In this document: one piece after another, positions 1-25,187 of the stretch
Layout of the letters: every line of letters starts with the position of its first letter
Numbering within the stretch: position 1 is the first letter of the stretch
Assembly (NCBI RefSeq): GCF_009914755.1
Contig: NC_060934.1
Length of the DNA stretch: 64,000 nt
From: the human T2T-CHM13v2.0 reference genome, Homo sapiens
Strand: one strand, 5' to 3'
Position numbers and translations under genes: made by a program
Notes under the pieces: generated by a model
Told to the model about the DNA's origin: nothing
Database searches by the model: none
Seen by the model: only the letters and a program-made list of their open reading frames with translations

Positions 1-190
1 TACTAAAAATACAAAAACTAGCTGGGCATGGTGGCATATGCCTGTAATCCCAGCTACTCAGGAGCCAGAGGCAAGATAATCGCGTGAACCAGGGAGGTGG
101 AGGTTGCAGTGAGCTGAGATCACGTCACTGCACTCCAGCCTAGGCGACAGAATGAGACTCCGTCTCAAAAAAACAAAACAAAACAAAAAG
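1..190 (+). mobile_element. Alu (3' part, truncated by window edge)
   Basis: Alu linker, right arm and A-rich tail. Confidence 0.9.
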
Positions 191-679
191 GCGAGCAAGA
201 AAGAGAAGGGAGACTCCCAGGTTTCTGACTTAAGCAACTGTGTGGCTGGTGGTGCCATTCACAGTGGTGGCGATTCAAGGAAAGGACTTGGTGTCGTTGG
301 GGAGAAAAGCTTTGGTTTTGAGGTGTCCAAGAGACCTCATGTGGAGATGCCCAGCACATGGTAGATATCCGAGTCTGGCACTCAGGAGAGAAGTCTGAGG
401 TAGAGATTAGGAGTTACTGGCAGATGGCAGAAATTGAAACCACAGGAGAGGATGAGAGCATGGAGAGAGAATGGAAAAGGGCCCAAGGCACTGCCTGCTT
501 CCTGGGAAGGGCCAACGTGAACCTTCTGTGGAAGCATGAGCACAGAGCCTGGGTCAGCTGTCACTGTGATTCTGGGTTCTGTGCTTGGTGCCAGGGACTT
601 GGCAGTGAACAGTCTGGCTTGCCATCTCTAATCCCTTCCTGGGACGGGCTGGTACTGACCTCTCCCCCAAACCCCACAG

Positions 680-1506
<827 letters not shown>

Positions 1507-1864
1507 GCCCAGCCTCCCAGAACAAATGCTCTTCCAAGCCAGCCTATCTGTCCCAGGCTGGGCCACTGCCTCCCTAACACAGCCACCCTCCCTTCATTAC
1601 CCCCACTCCATACCCTTCTCCCAACTTTTTGATGTCCCTGTAGGGCTGGCCAGTCAGGCCCAGCCAAAGCCCCCTCCTCAGTCTCCACAGACCCACATGT
1701 GAGCAGCCCAGGCCCATCGGTGCTCCTCAGAGGTAGGTGCTCCCTCAGGATCAGGTGCCCTGCAGACCCAGAGCCAGTTCCTATCCCCTAACCTAAACAC
1801 TTATAGGTGAGGACTCCATCCTCCTGTTCCATTCATCTGCCCAAACCCTTTCTCTTTCTCCCAG

Positions 1865-2268
1865 GCAGGGCTCTGCAGGTCCATATGGGCTCAATGTCAC
1901 CACCCTCTGCATGGCCCTGTGTGCTGGATGGTCCTGAAACCAGACAAGACCTCTGCCAGCCACCTAAGCCCTGCGTACATTCACATGCACACATGGAAGA
2001 ATGTTTATCGGCTGGGCTGCAGTGCCCCCACCCTCACCTTCTCCTGGTGCATTCTTGTTTCATCCCTGCTTCTGGACTTGGGGTACCCTCCCAATTGCCA
2101 CATCCTATCTGGTCCTCTTCCCCAGCCCCATGTGGTGACCTCTTTGTCAAGAGCTTGGGAACGGGCCAGCCTGGGGAGGTAAGACTGCATCACTCCCCTC
2201 CTCTCCCTTCCTGTGTGGCCCTTGTGAATCAGCCTCCCCACTCTCCTTGGTCATTCTCAAGAGTATGA
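1865..2268 (+). CDS. SEMA4G: SEMA4G alternative terminal coding exon (no TM helix)
   Basis: Pyrimidine tract plus ccag|G at 1863-1864, same phase (1) as the 680 acceptor; open for 134 codons (GRALQVHMG...SFSRV). Confidence 0.65.
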
Positions 2269-2968
2269 GAGACAGAGCTCCAGGCATGTCCCATCCCCAT
2301 GCACATGTGGTAACACACACCTGTATCACACATGTGCTTACATTTCCACTCACATGCACCTCTGAGCCTCCCTTGCTGTCTTGGACCTGTCTGTTGGGTT
2401 TAGTCCGTGGACATTTCAGAGGGAGATCCCCCTCCCATTTAACTGTCCTCACAGGCCCTTGCCTAGGATGGATGACCAACACTGCACTCAATGAGCCAGC
2501 CTCTCTTTTGGGGGAATCAAGCATTTGCTTCCTCTAGACTACAGCAGGGAAAGGGAGGAGAAATCTGATGTCTCAACTGGCACATGAAGCCCATTCTTGG
2601 AACTATGCAAAGGGCAGAGGCTGGGAGTTTGGACGCTTAGCTCCTACCCCTGTCCTACCTCACCGGGGCACTTTCAGGGGCCAGGGGCCTCTGAAGTCTC
2701 TAGGCCTATATGGGACAATCAATTCTGACTGAGCTCCCCCATTCCCCTCGGGTGAGGATGACTGTTATTTTTGTAGCTGAGAACGTGGAATCCCACGGGT
2801 TTTTACTGCCCTTCACCCAACCTCTCCCACCTCCACCCCACAATGAATGTATTTATTGTGAGAATGGCTACACTTCTTTAGGAATGCCCCCACTTACAAC
2901 CAGGTGGGTGGAACAGGCATGTGACAGAGTGGGGAGCCTGGGCTCAGCTCCTCCCCCTGCCGTTGGTT

Positions 2969-2974
2969 AATAAA
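2969..2974 (+). terminator. SEMA4G: SEMA4G polyadenylation signal AATAAA
   Basis: First AATAAA I found downstream of both SEMA4G stops, followed by a pyrimidine-rich stretch. Confidence 0.7.
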
Positions 2975-4108
2975 CACCCTTTTTCCCCACAGCTATGACT
3001 AGTCTGCTTCATCTAGATGCGCCCACCCCTGATCACCAGGGGACAGGCTCCTGAGCCTATACAGAAGGTGATATCTGCCTCCAGGATTGGCTCTGCTCCC
3101 CAATACAACTATTTGCAGAGGAAATTGGGATCCTCCGCTTCCATCCTGACTCCTTGGCAGGCACACAGGCCTCTTTAGTAAGGTTCACACTATTCATTGA
3201 TCATGGTGTTAGGGCATGACAAGAAAATGACAACAGTTCAAGAATTCTTACAGGGGTTTCTAGATTTTCATTTCCTGCCTCTCATTTCCCCACCATCCCC
3301 CCTTTTTAAACTAAGATTAGAAAATACTCATTAATATCAGCCTTCCTGCCCTTCCCCAAGGTTCTCAGCACCCCCCACCAGCTGGCTCAAGGGACATGGA
3401 TTTTATTTCTGCACAAAGAGGGACGTGGGGGGAAGGAGATGTATAGCTAAGACCAGAGAAAGCTTGTCAGCCAGGACTTGGTCTGAGAATCACTCCCCTC
3501 TCCCTTTCAGGGGTCAGGCCTAGATTAATCACTTGGCCTTTGATACTAACCACCTGACAGTTGTTATATGTTCTGCGTCTAGTTTTAAAATAATGAAAAC
3601 TGAGGCTTGTGCTTAACATATGCACACATTTTGAAGACAGACCTGAAATGTGACCTTGGATAAGTTTATTAACCTGTTTTATAAATCTGTATTCACACAG
3701 ATATAAAGTGCCTAGCCCATCACAGCAGAGCTCTCCGTAGCTCAGTGGTTGTTCCAATAAGACATCAGGGATTCTTCAGAAGCCAGCCTTCAGACCTCTC
3801 ACTGTGTTTTGAGATCATTATTATCAATTTGGATTTAAAAAACAAGGGCCCTGTAAAACCCTTGAAGTCTTCCTCATCTCAGGTTTTAGGGATGCCACTT
3901 GCATAAAAATGAGTGGTTCACAAGGTCACTGCCCCCAGAAGCAGGCACTGGAAAGAAACAGGCAGCTCTTCATTATCCCAAGCAGAACCTCTGTCAACTT
4001 GCCCATTGATGGGTTCCATTTGCCTGGGCTTGGAATCCCAAAGGGGAAGAACCACCTTTACCGGAGTAACAGTCCAAAGCCTGGGGCTGCAGTTGGTGGG
4101 GCAACTCT

Positions 4109-5187
<1,079 letters not shown>

Positions 5188-5525
5188 CTACAAAAAGGAT
5201 GCAGATGACTATAGAAATGAGGACGACGAGGAGATGCTGTGGAGGAGCAGTAGAGGTGAGAAGATGATGCAAAGAAACTGTGTCAGTGAGGAACTGTATA
5301 GAGGGTCATAGAGGTGAGGTGGCGGAGAGAAACTAACTAACGGACCATAGAGGTGGGGGAGCCATTGTAGAAGGACGTGGACGCGAAAGGGTCGTGTAGA
5401 TGGGCATATGTGTGAAGCAGCAACGTAGAGGGGCTGAAGAGGAGAAATTCATGGAGAGAAAGAATGCACCTAGAGTGAGCTCTGCAGAGTGCTGCGTGGG
5501 ATATCCCTAGAGTTTGGTCTAGTGA

Positions 5526-10885
<5,360 letters not shown>

Positions 10886-11049
10886 AGGCCGTGCAGAGCT
10901 GGTCACTGAAATGAGCCTGATAGGATAGGCTGGAGCATAAAACTCTGCAAGGGCTCCTCTATCCTGTGGTCCTGAGCTGTGTGCCCTTCTCAGTCTGAGG
11001 GGCCTAACCTAGAGCAGGTTTCCATAGTGAGAAAATTCAATGTAGCAGA

Positions 11050-11450
11050 CTACTGAGAAACTACTGTGTTGCTCAGGCTTTGTTTGAGGTCCTGTATATA
11101 CAGCACTGAAAAGAGAGATAAAGTCCCTGCCTGCATGCATTCTGGCGGAAGAGACAAGCAAGCAATGAACAAATTAGCAGAAAACCTAGTTTTAGTGAAA
11201 AATGCTGTAAAGAAAATAGAAATGCGATAGAGTGCTGGCAGGCTAGTGTAGATAAGTGGTCTGAAAAGGTGTCTCTGAGCCGAGGGCATGTGAGCTGGGG
11301 CCTAAACAACTAGAAGGAGAGAGCCACGTGAACATCCGGCGAAGGGGACCCAGGCAGAGAGAAAAGGAAATCCAAGCCCTGAGGTAGGAATGAGCAGGTC
11401 AGATTCAAGGCAGTGAGGTCAGGCCGCATGAACCTGGAGGGGAATCGGGG
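11050..11450. mobile_element. Probable L2 relic in TWNK 3'UTR
   Basis: L2-like motifs (aaagtccctgcc..., gagctggggcctaaa..., aagccctgaggtagga); recognised by eye only. Confidence 0.45.
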
Positions 11451-13492
11451 ACTTCATGCGAAACTCCAGCCTAGGCTTTCAAAGTCAAAGGGTGATACAG
11501 TGGGTACCAAGCTCCTCTGCTCCCCACTTTGTAGAGCCTAGCATGAGGTGGCATGTACTAGAATTGGATCCTAGGTGCTTAGCCCTGCAATATCAGGGCC
11601 TCACTGGTGGGAGCTGCCTCGGGCTGGGTTGCTTGGTCATAGAGCCATAGAAGGAAGCTGTCAGCCCGGAGTGCCTGCCACCTAGACACTGATGCCATTG
11701 TGTGCTGCCTCAAGACTGCTGGAGTCAGGACATTTTATAGAGCCTTTTCCAGTTTTACTAAAAAATTTTTCCATTGCCTTTGTTTCTGTGCTTTTTCTTA
11801 TTCATCCACCAGGTGTCTCCCCAGTCCGTAGCTGAATTTCCCTTTCGGGATTGGGAATGGACGGGTCCCCTCCCACTGCTTGCAGCCTTTGAGCGGTGGG
11901 CTTCCAAGGAAGCAGGGACATTAAAGGGCCTTCACACCCCACCTTCCATTTACATCTCTTCTTGGCCTAGGGAAGACAAGATGATCTGTCCTCATACCTA
12001 ACTTCCCTGAGGATCTCGAGTGATTCCTGGCACAGGTACTCATCACTGGGCCACATGAGCCCAGTGCCCTGCCTGACTGGCCATTCCTCTGTGATGTGAG
12101 CCACTCACCTCTCAAGTGGACTTAGACTCAACATATTCTGTCCACCCCCATCCATCTCCCTCCTGTACCCTCTCCGTGTTTCTCATATGCTAATGCGTGC
12201 CAGAACTCCTGGGGACTTGTGAAAAATGCAGAAACTAGGCCCCATTCTCCCCCCATCCTCCACCACGTACATTTCTCATTCTGGATTTGAGGACGGGTAC
12301 AGTAATCCTCATTTTTAACAAGCCGTGGAGGAGACTGTAAAATAGGTGACCCAGAGGGACTGTCAGAAGTATTCCTAAATGATGACACCTTCTCATCTCT
12401 CGTCCTCTGATATCCCAAAGTCCCAGTTTCCCTTTGGATTTGCCTGAAAGAGTCGTGAGAATGCAATATGTTCTGAGGGGGCTGGGGAGAATCCTTTTGT
12501 AAGGGTTGGGGGAAGGTTTCCTGCTCCGTTTGGAAGCAGGGCTGCCTTGTCAGGCTCTTCCTTTCAACCTATGAAGGGGCTTCTGGGGCCGATGGAGGGG
12601 TCTGTGGTCTCTGGAGTGTGAGAACTCTGGTCACAAATGTCTCCTGAAACATCCGGAGCAAGGCTGCTGGAAAGCTGCTCTCTGTGAGGAAGAACCTGGG
12701 GGGGTGGGGAGAGCTCCTCCAGGGCCTCCCTTCTTGGGGGTCTCTCCCAGACTGGCTGGAGCCAGGCCTCCCTAATCCCGCAGTAATCATTCCCAGCCGT
12801 TGGCTGGTCTAGGCCTCATCCAGAGTCTGTAACGCTGAACGGCAGCCATGCCTTCCAGAGGCACAATACCATATCAGTCATACCTGTAAGGATGTGGGTT
12901 CCACATTCCTGTCTCCCTAGAATGCCTGGTGGGTTCTCAGGAGATCTTTTAGGGGTTTCCAGTAGGGGACCTTTGTGAGGTCTCTGTGAACTGGGGATAG
13001 AGGGATAGATACAGACTTGGCTGTTTGTCTTGCCCCACCCTTCTAGCAGACACCCCCACACAGCACAAACCAGAATGATGAGGGGGAGGGGAAGCTAATA
13101 CTCCCCCCAGCCCTACCCGCTGCACAAACACGTTCTATTCCATACCTGCCTTAAATACCCCATATCATGATTCCACCCAGTCTGTTCAGATCCCTGGATT
13201 CTAGAAAGCAGTGGGGGGTCCCTAGGGCCTGTGCGGATTCCCTGGGATAGGACTGGTCTGTCTACACCCAACTGGATGTTAAGAATCTCCCTGACTCACA
13301 GGTTCGGTGGATTGGGAGGAAAAAAAAAAAATTTCCCTGAGATCTCAGGAAAGGCCTGGCTAAGCCAGGTCCAGTTGGATCTACAGCCTTGTCCTCTAAT
13401 TGATAATGTATGTCACACTTGGCCATGAGGGGACAGCTTTGGTCCTCTGGCAGCTTCCTCTCTGCTGTGGATGGGTTTAAGAAGAAACAACT

Positions 13493-13775
<283 letters not shown>

Positions 13776-14379
13776 AACTCACCGAGGTCTCCTGTAGCCC
13801 ATATGGGCCAGATACCTGTAGACCTTCCTACATGCTGCCTTGAGTGCCATGGTGGGAGGGAGCCCTTGGGGCCTCCCTGCAATACAGGCCAACTTCCTGT
13901 TTGTGCCTGTGGGTGGGACTTTATGAGTCTTCGAGAAGCCCAGCCATGCCCCGTGGGGGTCAGAACCCGCAGGCCTGCTCACCTGGGCAGATACCTACTC
14001 TAGGGAGGGGGCTGTGCTGGTTCTGCCTGGGCAGCCCCACGCTGAGGTGTGTGCGTGGTAGGGGTAGGTGGGAGCTGCTCTGGTGAAACTTGAGCCTTCT
14101 TTGTCTGCTTCCCAGGGGTTGTCCCTGTATTTGGGGATTGGGCCAAGAGTGGACCGGGTTGGGCTCCCATCGGAGCAGGGAGGGTGGCAGAGTCAAGCTC
14201 TTAGTTTAAGCTTAGTTTAAGGCAGCCAGGTAGCCGAATTCTCGGTCACGTGATGCTCGCCCCCTTCCCCAGGTCAAAAACCAAATCCAGTAAGCTGTGA
14301 AGTCAGAGGCCAGAGGGGCAGCCTCGGCCACCGTCGAGTCACTCTTAGGCTGGGCACTGGGTCGGCTGCTGGTGGAGTG

Positions 14380-15300
14380 CGGGGCAGACCACTCCCCTCC
14401 CTGGGTGGGGGGCGCGGCCTGAGCCGCCCCGCCCCGCCCCGCTCCACCAGGTCGGGCCAGGCGGGCGCCGGGAGCTGGGAGCCGGGAGCCCAGAGTTCGG
14501 AACCTAGAGTTCGGAGCCGGCTAGGGAGCCGGCGTTGTCGCGGCGAGGAGGTGGGCGCGCTGGAGCAGGAGCGGGGCCGGAACTGGAGCCGAGGCGCAGG
14601 TGGCGCTGGGTGAGTGGTGGGGCGGCGGAGGTGCAGGAACTCCCGCCTCCCGCTCATCCCCGCTCCTGAACGAACTTTCCGCTTCTAGGGAAGCTAGGGG
14701 TTGGGGTGAGGAGGGGGGTCCGCACTTGGTGGGGTCCCCGCGAAGAGTCCGAACAGGGAAGTGACACGAAAACGCACGCCGACGGGCCCCACACACGCGT
14801 GCACAGACCCACGCCCGCACTTGGGACACGCGAACACACATGCACTCGGAAAGGACGCGCCCAGTTGGCCACCCTTGCACTCCCAGGGACAGCGCCAGCC
14901 GGCCCGCGCGGACCCACAGCGGGCAGGGCACTCTGCGGTCGCGTATTGGGTGCGGGAAAGGGGCAGCCCTGTGACTACCGACGGGGGCGGGCCGGGTGGG
15001 ACGCACCCGGAGGTTCCTGCTTCCTGGCCTCCCGCAGGTGAAGACCAAGACGTAAACAGACGCCGAGCACGTGACAGCTCCGCAGACCAGTGGCCTGTGC
15101 CCCCAACCCAACCACGGGGCGGAAATCCACCCTAGTCCGGGGCGCGTTTGCTTGGTCCCAGGCCGGACGGCGTTCCATTCTCCGCCTGGAGCGGGGATAA
15201 GCCCTCTCCCGGGAACCGGAGCACAGCGCCCCCTGGAGCCGGGGCGGAGCAGGAGGGCCCGGCTGCTGGGCAGGGCTGGGGTTAACTCGGGCTCCTGGAC
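14380..15300 (+). promoter_or_regulatory. LZTS2: LZTS2 distal CpG-island promoter / non-coding first exon (donor TGG|GTGAGT at 14609/14610)
   Basis: Clustered GC boxes (CCGCCCCGCCCCGCCCC ~14423-14440), dense CpG, strong donor, CTCF-like CGCAGGTGGCGC ~14595. Confidence 0.7.
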
Positions 15301-16419
15301 GTCCTTCTCCCCAGCACATTCTTGGTGTCTGCATCCCTGAAGGTTTCGGAGACAGGCCCTTGATGGCAGTGGACAGCTGCCCCCGCCTGTTACCGCCAGC
15401 CCAGAGAGCAGCTGCCTGAGCGCCTGCGGGTCCCCTTCCTACCCTCACCTCCACTCCTTGCGGGAGTCGGAGTCTCCTCCCCCCAGAAAATGCATGAGTG
15501 TAAACGCTCCCTCAATACCAGAGTGGGCCTGCCCCCCTAGAAAAAGGAGGACGAGCCCCTCCCCCCAGGGAATGAGGGAGTGGGCAGTAGCCCGATGCCT
15601 CCTCCTCGCCCCACCCCCTACCCCTACACACACGCTGAGCCCAGCTGCCGCCTGAGCTGGGCAGGCTGCCAGAAAGAGGAGGAGGCTCTCGGTGCCCCAG
15701 GAGGCAGGGATCAGGGCAAGGCCAGAGGAGGGGGCTCTGCTGGGGAGAGGGGCTCAGTCTGTTCTTGTGAGGCTGAGGGTCTGGGGTGAGTCAGGGTGGC
15801 TGGGCTGTGTTTCCCTTTCCAGGGAAAAAGAAAGAAAAACAACCCTGTCCATGGAGCTAAAAATAGAGCTGAGAGCCGGCCAGGGCTGTGGCCTGGAAGG
15901 GGGGGATGCTCCTTCCTGGGGCCCGGGCGAGCTCCGGCAGGCCTTGGCCCTGCGGGGGAGGGGGTGGTTAGGGGAGAAAGGCTGCCTTTGCCCAGGGATG
16001 CAGGCATCAGCTGACCTGACCGGGTCACCGAGACCCCTAGGGGAAAGGCTGTGCGGTAGAATATTTGTGAAGCACGGCGTGTAAGAAGTTGTCTGTGTGA
16101 GTGACTGTGAATAGAGGCTGTCAATGCGTGAAAGATGGTTAGGAGACTAAGTGCACTTGAGACTGTGACTGGGTGCGAAGGACTGCGGATTGTTGTGGAA
16201 GCCTGTGCCCAACAGGCCTGTGACACCGTGTCTGTGTGTGAGGTGGACTGGAAGATTATGGAAAGAAGGAACGCGGACCCACGTGACGGCTGAGACTGCG
16301 GCTGCATGTGGGAAAGGTCTTGTGGGTGTTAGGGAGACTGTATTGTGTGCGAGAAGGTGAGACTACTTGACCCTGAGGAAGTGGAATATTGTCTGCCGTG
16401 AGGCTGGTGTAGGTTTGGG

Positions 16420-17420
16420 CTGTAGGCTTGCACCGGTTCGCCCCAGTGATTGTTGGGGAGCCAGGGGCCGCTCCTCTCCGATAAATGACCTCTCTCTTAG
16501 CAAGTGATCCCGAGGGGAGGCTGGGGAGCACGCGGTCGCGCCAGAGGCCGGCCTGGGTTCGCGGGGAAAAGGGCACCGTGCCGGGGAGTGGGGCAGGGCC
16601 CGCGTGTGGGGGGCGGCTGGGTGTGTTCTCCGAGCCGGCCGCCAGGTGGCGTCGCCTCCGCGAAGCCCAGGTTGCCGCCTCCAACCCGCCGTGGGGCAGG
16701 CGCGGATCGAGCCTCGGCCTCCTACTCGGGCTAGGGCGCGGGGTCCCGGCACCGGAGAGTGGGGGACGGCCGGCCATCGGCCTCTCGCTTGGGACTCTGA
16801 GGCTGAGAGCGTGTCAGGGAAGCTTCGCCTGGAGAAGCGGAGGGGGAGGGGCGGCCGCCGCCGCGCCGTGGCCCTTTGTGCTGGAACAATGACCAGCTGC
16901 CGCTGGCCCCGGGGCCCCGGCTGGGGTTGAGGGTGACCACCGCCGCCGCCGCGTCGAGCCGAACCGAGCCCCCAGACACGCAGTCACAGGGCGTCGGAGG
17001 GAGGGCTCCCGACTGCCGCCGAGCAGCCCCTACGTGCGCCCCGGCGGATTCGCGTGACGCGGGTGCTTGCGCGTGTCCGCGCCCCGGGGCGGAGACGCCC
17101 CTCGGACCCTCCCCTGCGCGGTGCCGCCCACTCGCACCGGGCGGGGGCTGGCCAGGGCCGGGGGCGCCGCGGAGGCGGAGGCGGGGCTGGGCCGGGCAGC
17201 TCCGAGTGGCGGCGCGCGGGCCAGGGCCGGGGCCGGGGCCGGGGCCGGAGCCGGAGCCGGGGCCGGGCGGCGCGCCTGTGGAGCGCTGGGGGCGGCCTGG
17301 GGCTGAGCATGGAGCAGCGCGGCGGAGGTGAGGGGGGCCGGGTCTGGGAGGCGGCCTGGGGAGCCCCCAACTTATGCGCGGTGGAATCCAGCCGGGGGGA
17401 CGGCGTTCCCCAGTCGCCCC
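16420..17420 (+). promoter_or_regulatory. LZTS2: LZTS2 proximal CpG-island promoter / first exon (donor GAG|GTGAGG at 17327/17328)
   Basis: Very GC/CpG rich, CTCF-like GGCCGCCAGGTGGCG 16637-16651, donor site upstream of the 19872 acceptor. Confidence 0.7.
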
Positions 17421-19913
17421 CACTTTCTGGAAGGGGGGCTGGACTCTGGAGAATGGGTCAGGGGCTCCTGGCTTCCCGCCGCAGAATGGGAACTCGTGAT
17501 CGCAGACTTGACCCCGCTTGACTGGTCCTTGGAGTTTGGGTGGGAGGGAGACTTTCCCCAACTCTTCAGATCCGTCTCCGGCCCTGAACCAGCTCCAGCC
17601 CTCTGCTCTCCTCAGCCCACTAAAAGGGGGGTGCTCCTGGGCCAGAGTGATTGCTCAGGGAGTGCTGGGGAGAATGAGGGGTTCCCATCTCCCACAGCCA
17701 CAAACGCATTTCTCAAAATGGAGCCTCCACTTGCCCCTCCTTCTCTTTCGGGCTCCAAGAGCGGGAGCCGGCCTGGCTGGGCCTGGCTTTCCAGACTCCT
17801 GGCTCTGGCTCCCTGGATGTGTGGCTCTCAGGGCCCGGCTCTGTGGCACTTTGGACTTATGGGCCCTCGGCTCCGTGGGGTTGGGGGGCCCTGGCTCACT
17901 GGGTCCCGCTGGCTGTCCCCTTGTCGGCCTGACCCTCGGGCCTCTCCGAGTCTTTGTCTCTTTTGGGTCCCTGTCTTTCTCTGAGCCTGTCTCCTTCCTT
18001 CAATTTTCACTTTCTCCGTGCTCGCTGAAGTGGGGAAATGCAACAGAGGTGCCAGCCCCCTTGGCCCCCTAAGAAGTCCCTTCCCCACTGTTCACTCCAC
18101 ACCCTGGAGTGGGCCCAGAGAGGGGAGGGGAGGGGGTTCTCTATCTGCTCTGCTGGGGGCTGGGGTGTGTGGGGTGGTCTGAGCCCCAGCCCTACAGAGG
18201 GGCCTGTGGTCACTCCCTGCTCCTGGCCTACCCCTCCCCCAGCTCCCCGCAGCTCCTGCCCCAGCGTGGACACCTCTTCCTGGTTCGCAGTGTCTTTTGA
18301 CTTGGGTGGGAAGGAGGGCGGTGGATTTAATGGAGGGCATGCGAGAAAGAAGGGGAACAGATCAGGCAAAGGAGTTAGATAATGTCCCACCTCTCCCCAC
18401 ACGCCGAAGAGAGAAGGAAACAGGCTCCCCCCACCAATGGGCCCTCAAGCCACCCAGGCTCCCACCACTCTCATACCTGCGTGCCCACGTTCACAGGCTC
18501 CACTGCACCACTCACCTTCCTAGTCACACACAAACACAGGAGCTCACACATAAACTCATGAACTTACTGACAAGTCTGTCCAGGCACCGTCTCTCCCACA
18601 CACCACAAATTCACTTGTTAGATCCACATTTATAACTTTCACAGGCTTTCTAATGACCCCTGATCCACATACTCTTCTAAGATATACACATGTGAATTCA
18701 CACATGAACTCATATGTATGTGAATGAACTGATATATCAAACATGCATAGACTCACATGATGTTTTCACACACATTTTCATACACACGTGTTCATTTTCA
18801 TGCTCCTGTGCATGTAGTCACACAACAAATAACTAAATGCACACACTCCTACTCCCAGTGCAATTCTCTGTCCACTTCTTGGCCCCGCTCTGCATGATGA
18901 CTTCAGCAGATGCCTAAGTCCTGGTCATCAGCGGCCTCGGGACTGGGACTAGGGAGGGGGTTCCGGGTGGAGGCTTGCAGCTGCTTCCAGGAAGGAGCAG
19001 AGCCTGGGGAGGTGGAGCCCTCTTGCCTGGGCTCTGTGGAAGTGAGGTTTTGGAGCAGCCTCCAGAGGTGAAGGCAGGGCATCTACCTTCCTCCCCTCAG
19101 GGTTAGTTTGGGGACCTTCTGAAGCTGTAGGGTTTCAGAGAGGTTGGCAGTGGGGCAGAGCCTGTGGAGGCTCCTTCAGGCCTTCAGGCCTCACCGATTG
19201 GGTGTGCAGAGGCTAGGAGTTGTCATGGAAACTGGTATGAGCCTGCATCCACCTCTGGGAGGCAGGAGACCCCAAAGGACACCTGTGGACTCCCTAAGAG
19301 CCGCGGGTTTCTTATTTAGCCAGATCGACAGAGAGGCAGTTTAGCCGCCTTTCTGTCTGAGAGAAACTGAGGCCCAGCAGAGGGAGGCAGGGCACTGCCT
19401 GGCCTTGGCTCTTTGTTCCCTAATTACCATCTGAGGTGCTGATTGCACCCCTGAGGTACCTCTGCCCAAACTGCCCTGTAATGAGGCCACCTGGCTGAGA
19501 GGACCAGGGACCTGTGCTTCAAGCTGGTAGAGAAGGCCCCTCCCTCACCTGAGTCCTGGCCTCTGTGGAGGATGCAGGATTGGGCTTGGGCCTGGGTCTT
19601 TGCTGCCAGGTGGCCCTGCGGTAATCATCCAGGCCTCCCATGCCTCTCAGCATCTCTGCTGAGTGAATTCACTCCTCAGCCCTGTTCAGACCAGCATTGG
19701 GCAGTGTGGTTTGGGGCCCAGGGGGAATTGAGATTCATTCCAGCACTTGAAGGGGGAGTCTTGGTGGGGATCAGGGCTTGTTACTGATGTCAAGGAGGTG
19801 TTTGGTCAGGATCAGTGGGTCAGGAGGGGTCTCAAGGTGGAGGGACTCTGACACCACTGCCCTGCTTACAGGTCGCCTGCGAGGCCGCTGGCCAGGCCTG
19901 AGCCTCTGCCACC

Positions 19914-24543
<4,630 letters not shown>

Positions 24544-25071
24544 GGCCCTCAGCAACCAGCTCTGTAGGGAGCTCTGCCAGAGGGGCAGCAGCTGCAGATC
24601 CACTTAGGCCCCAGGGTCCACGGATGGCCCCAAAGGCTGAGGGCCCCAAAGCCACTTGTCTCCTAGGATCCAGGCCTCTGGGCTTCTGCCAAGAACTCAG
24701 GGTGGCCCTATGACTTGGAGGAGCAAGATCAGACCGCTCAAAGGTCCCCGTGTTCACTGTTACCCAGAGGCTCTTGTTACTACCCACTTCATTCCCCACC
24801 GCTGCCAGTGCCACTGCCAACCCTGTTCACAGGCGCTTCCAGCCCACTCCAGCCAGGGGAGCAGGGAAGAAGAAGGGGCTCCCTCCTCTTCACATTCCCC
24901 CCGACCCCAAAGCCAGAGAAAGCCAGATGGCACCAGCTGCTCCGGATGTGCCTGCCCACATTGGGGGACAGGGCCGGGCCTGGGCTCGGTTCCCAGGTTT
25001 GAGCTCTGCAGCCTCTCTCCTGGAGTGAGGGGGCTGAAGTCAGACCAAAGGAAGAACTCAGAAATGTCTTG

Positions 25072-25077
25072 TTTATT
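25072..25077 (-). terminator. PDZD7: PDZD7 long-isoform polyadenylation signal AATAAA
   Basis: TTTATT on + strand, first canonical minus-strand signal I found downstream of the stop at 25846. Confidence 0.65.
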
Positions 25078-25181
25078 TGTGTTTGTGACCAAGCAGCCTC
25101 TCCCTTCACCCAGGTTTATGGCCTCGTTTTCACTTGTATATTTTTCACACTGTAAATTTCTTGTACAAACCCAAAGAAAAA

Positions 25182-25187
25182 ATTAAA
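25182..25187 (+). terminator. LZTS2: LZTS2 polyadenylation signal ATTAAA
   Basis: ATTAAA preceded by three TGTA (CFIm-type) motifs at 25135, 25151 and 25162. Confidence 0.6.

Noticed and set aside
358-679. N-terminal 107 aa of ORF 358..1506
   Set aside because: Intronic extension upstream of the real SEMA4G acceptor at 680; no semaphorin character.
14274-18402. Many long overlapping Pro/Gly/Arg/Ala-rich ORFs on both strands (e.g. 16731..17561)
   Set aside because: Expected from stop-codon depletion in CpG islands; low complexity, no recognisable domains.
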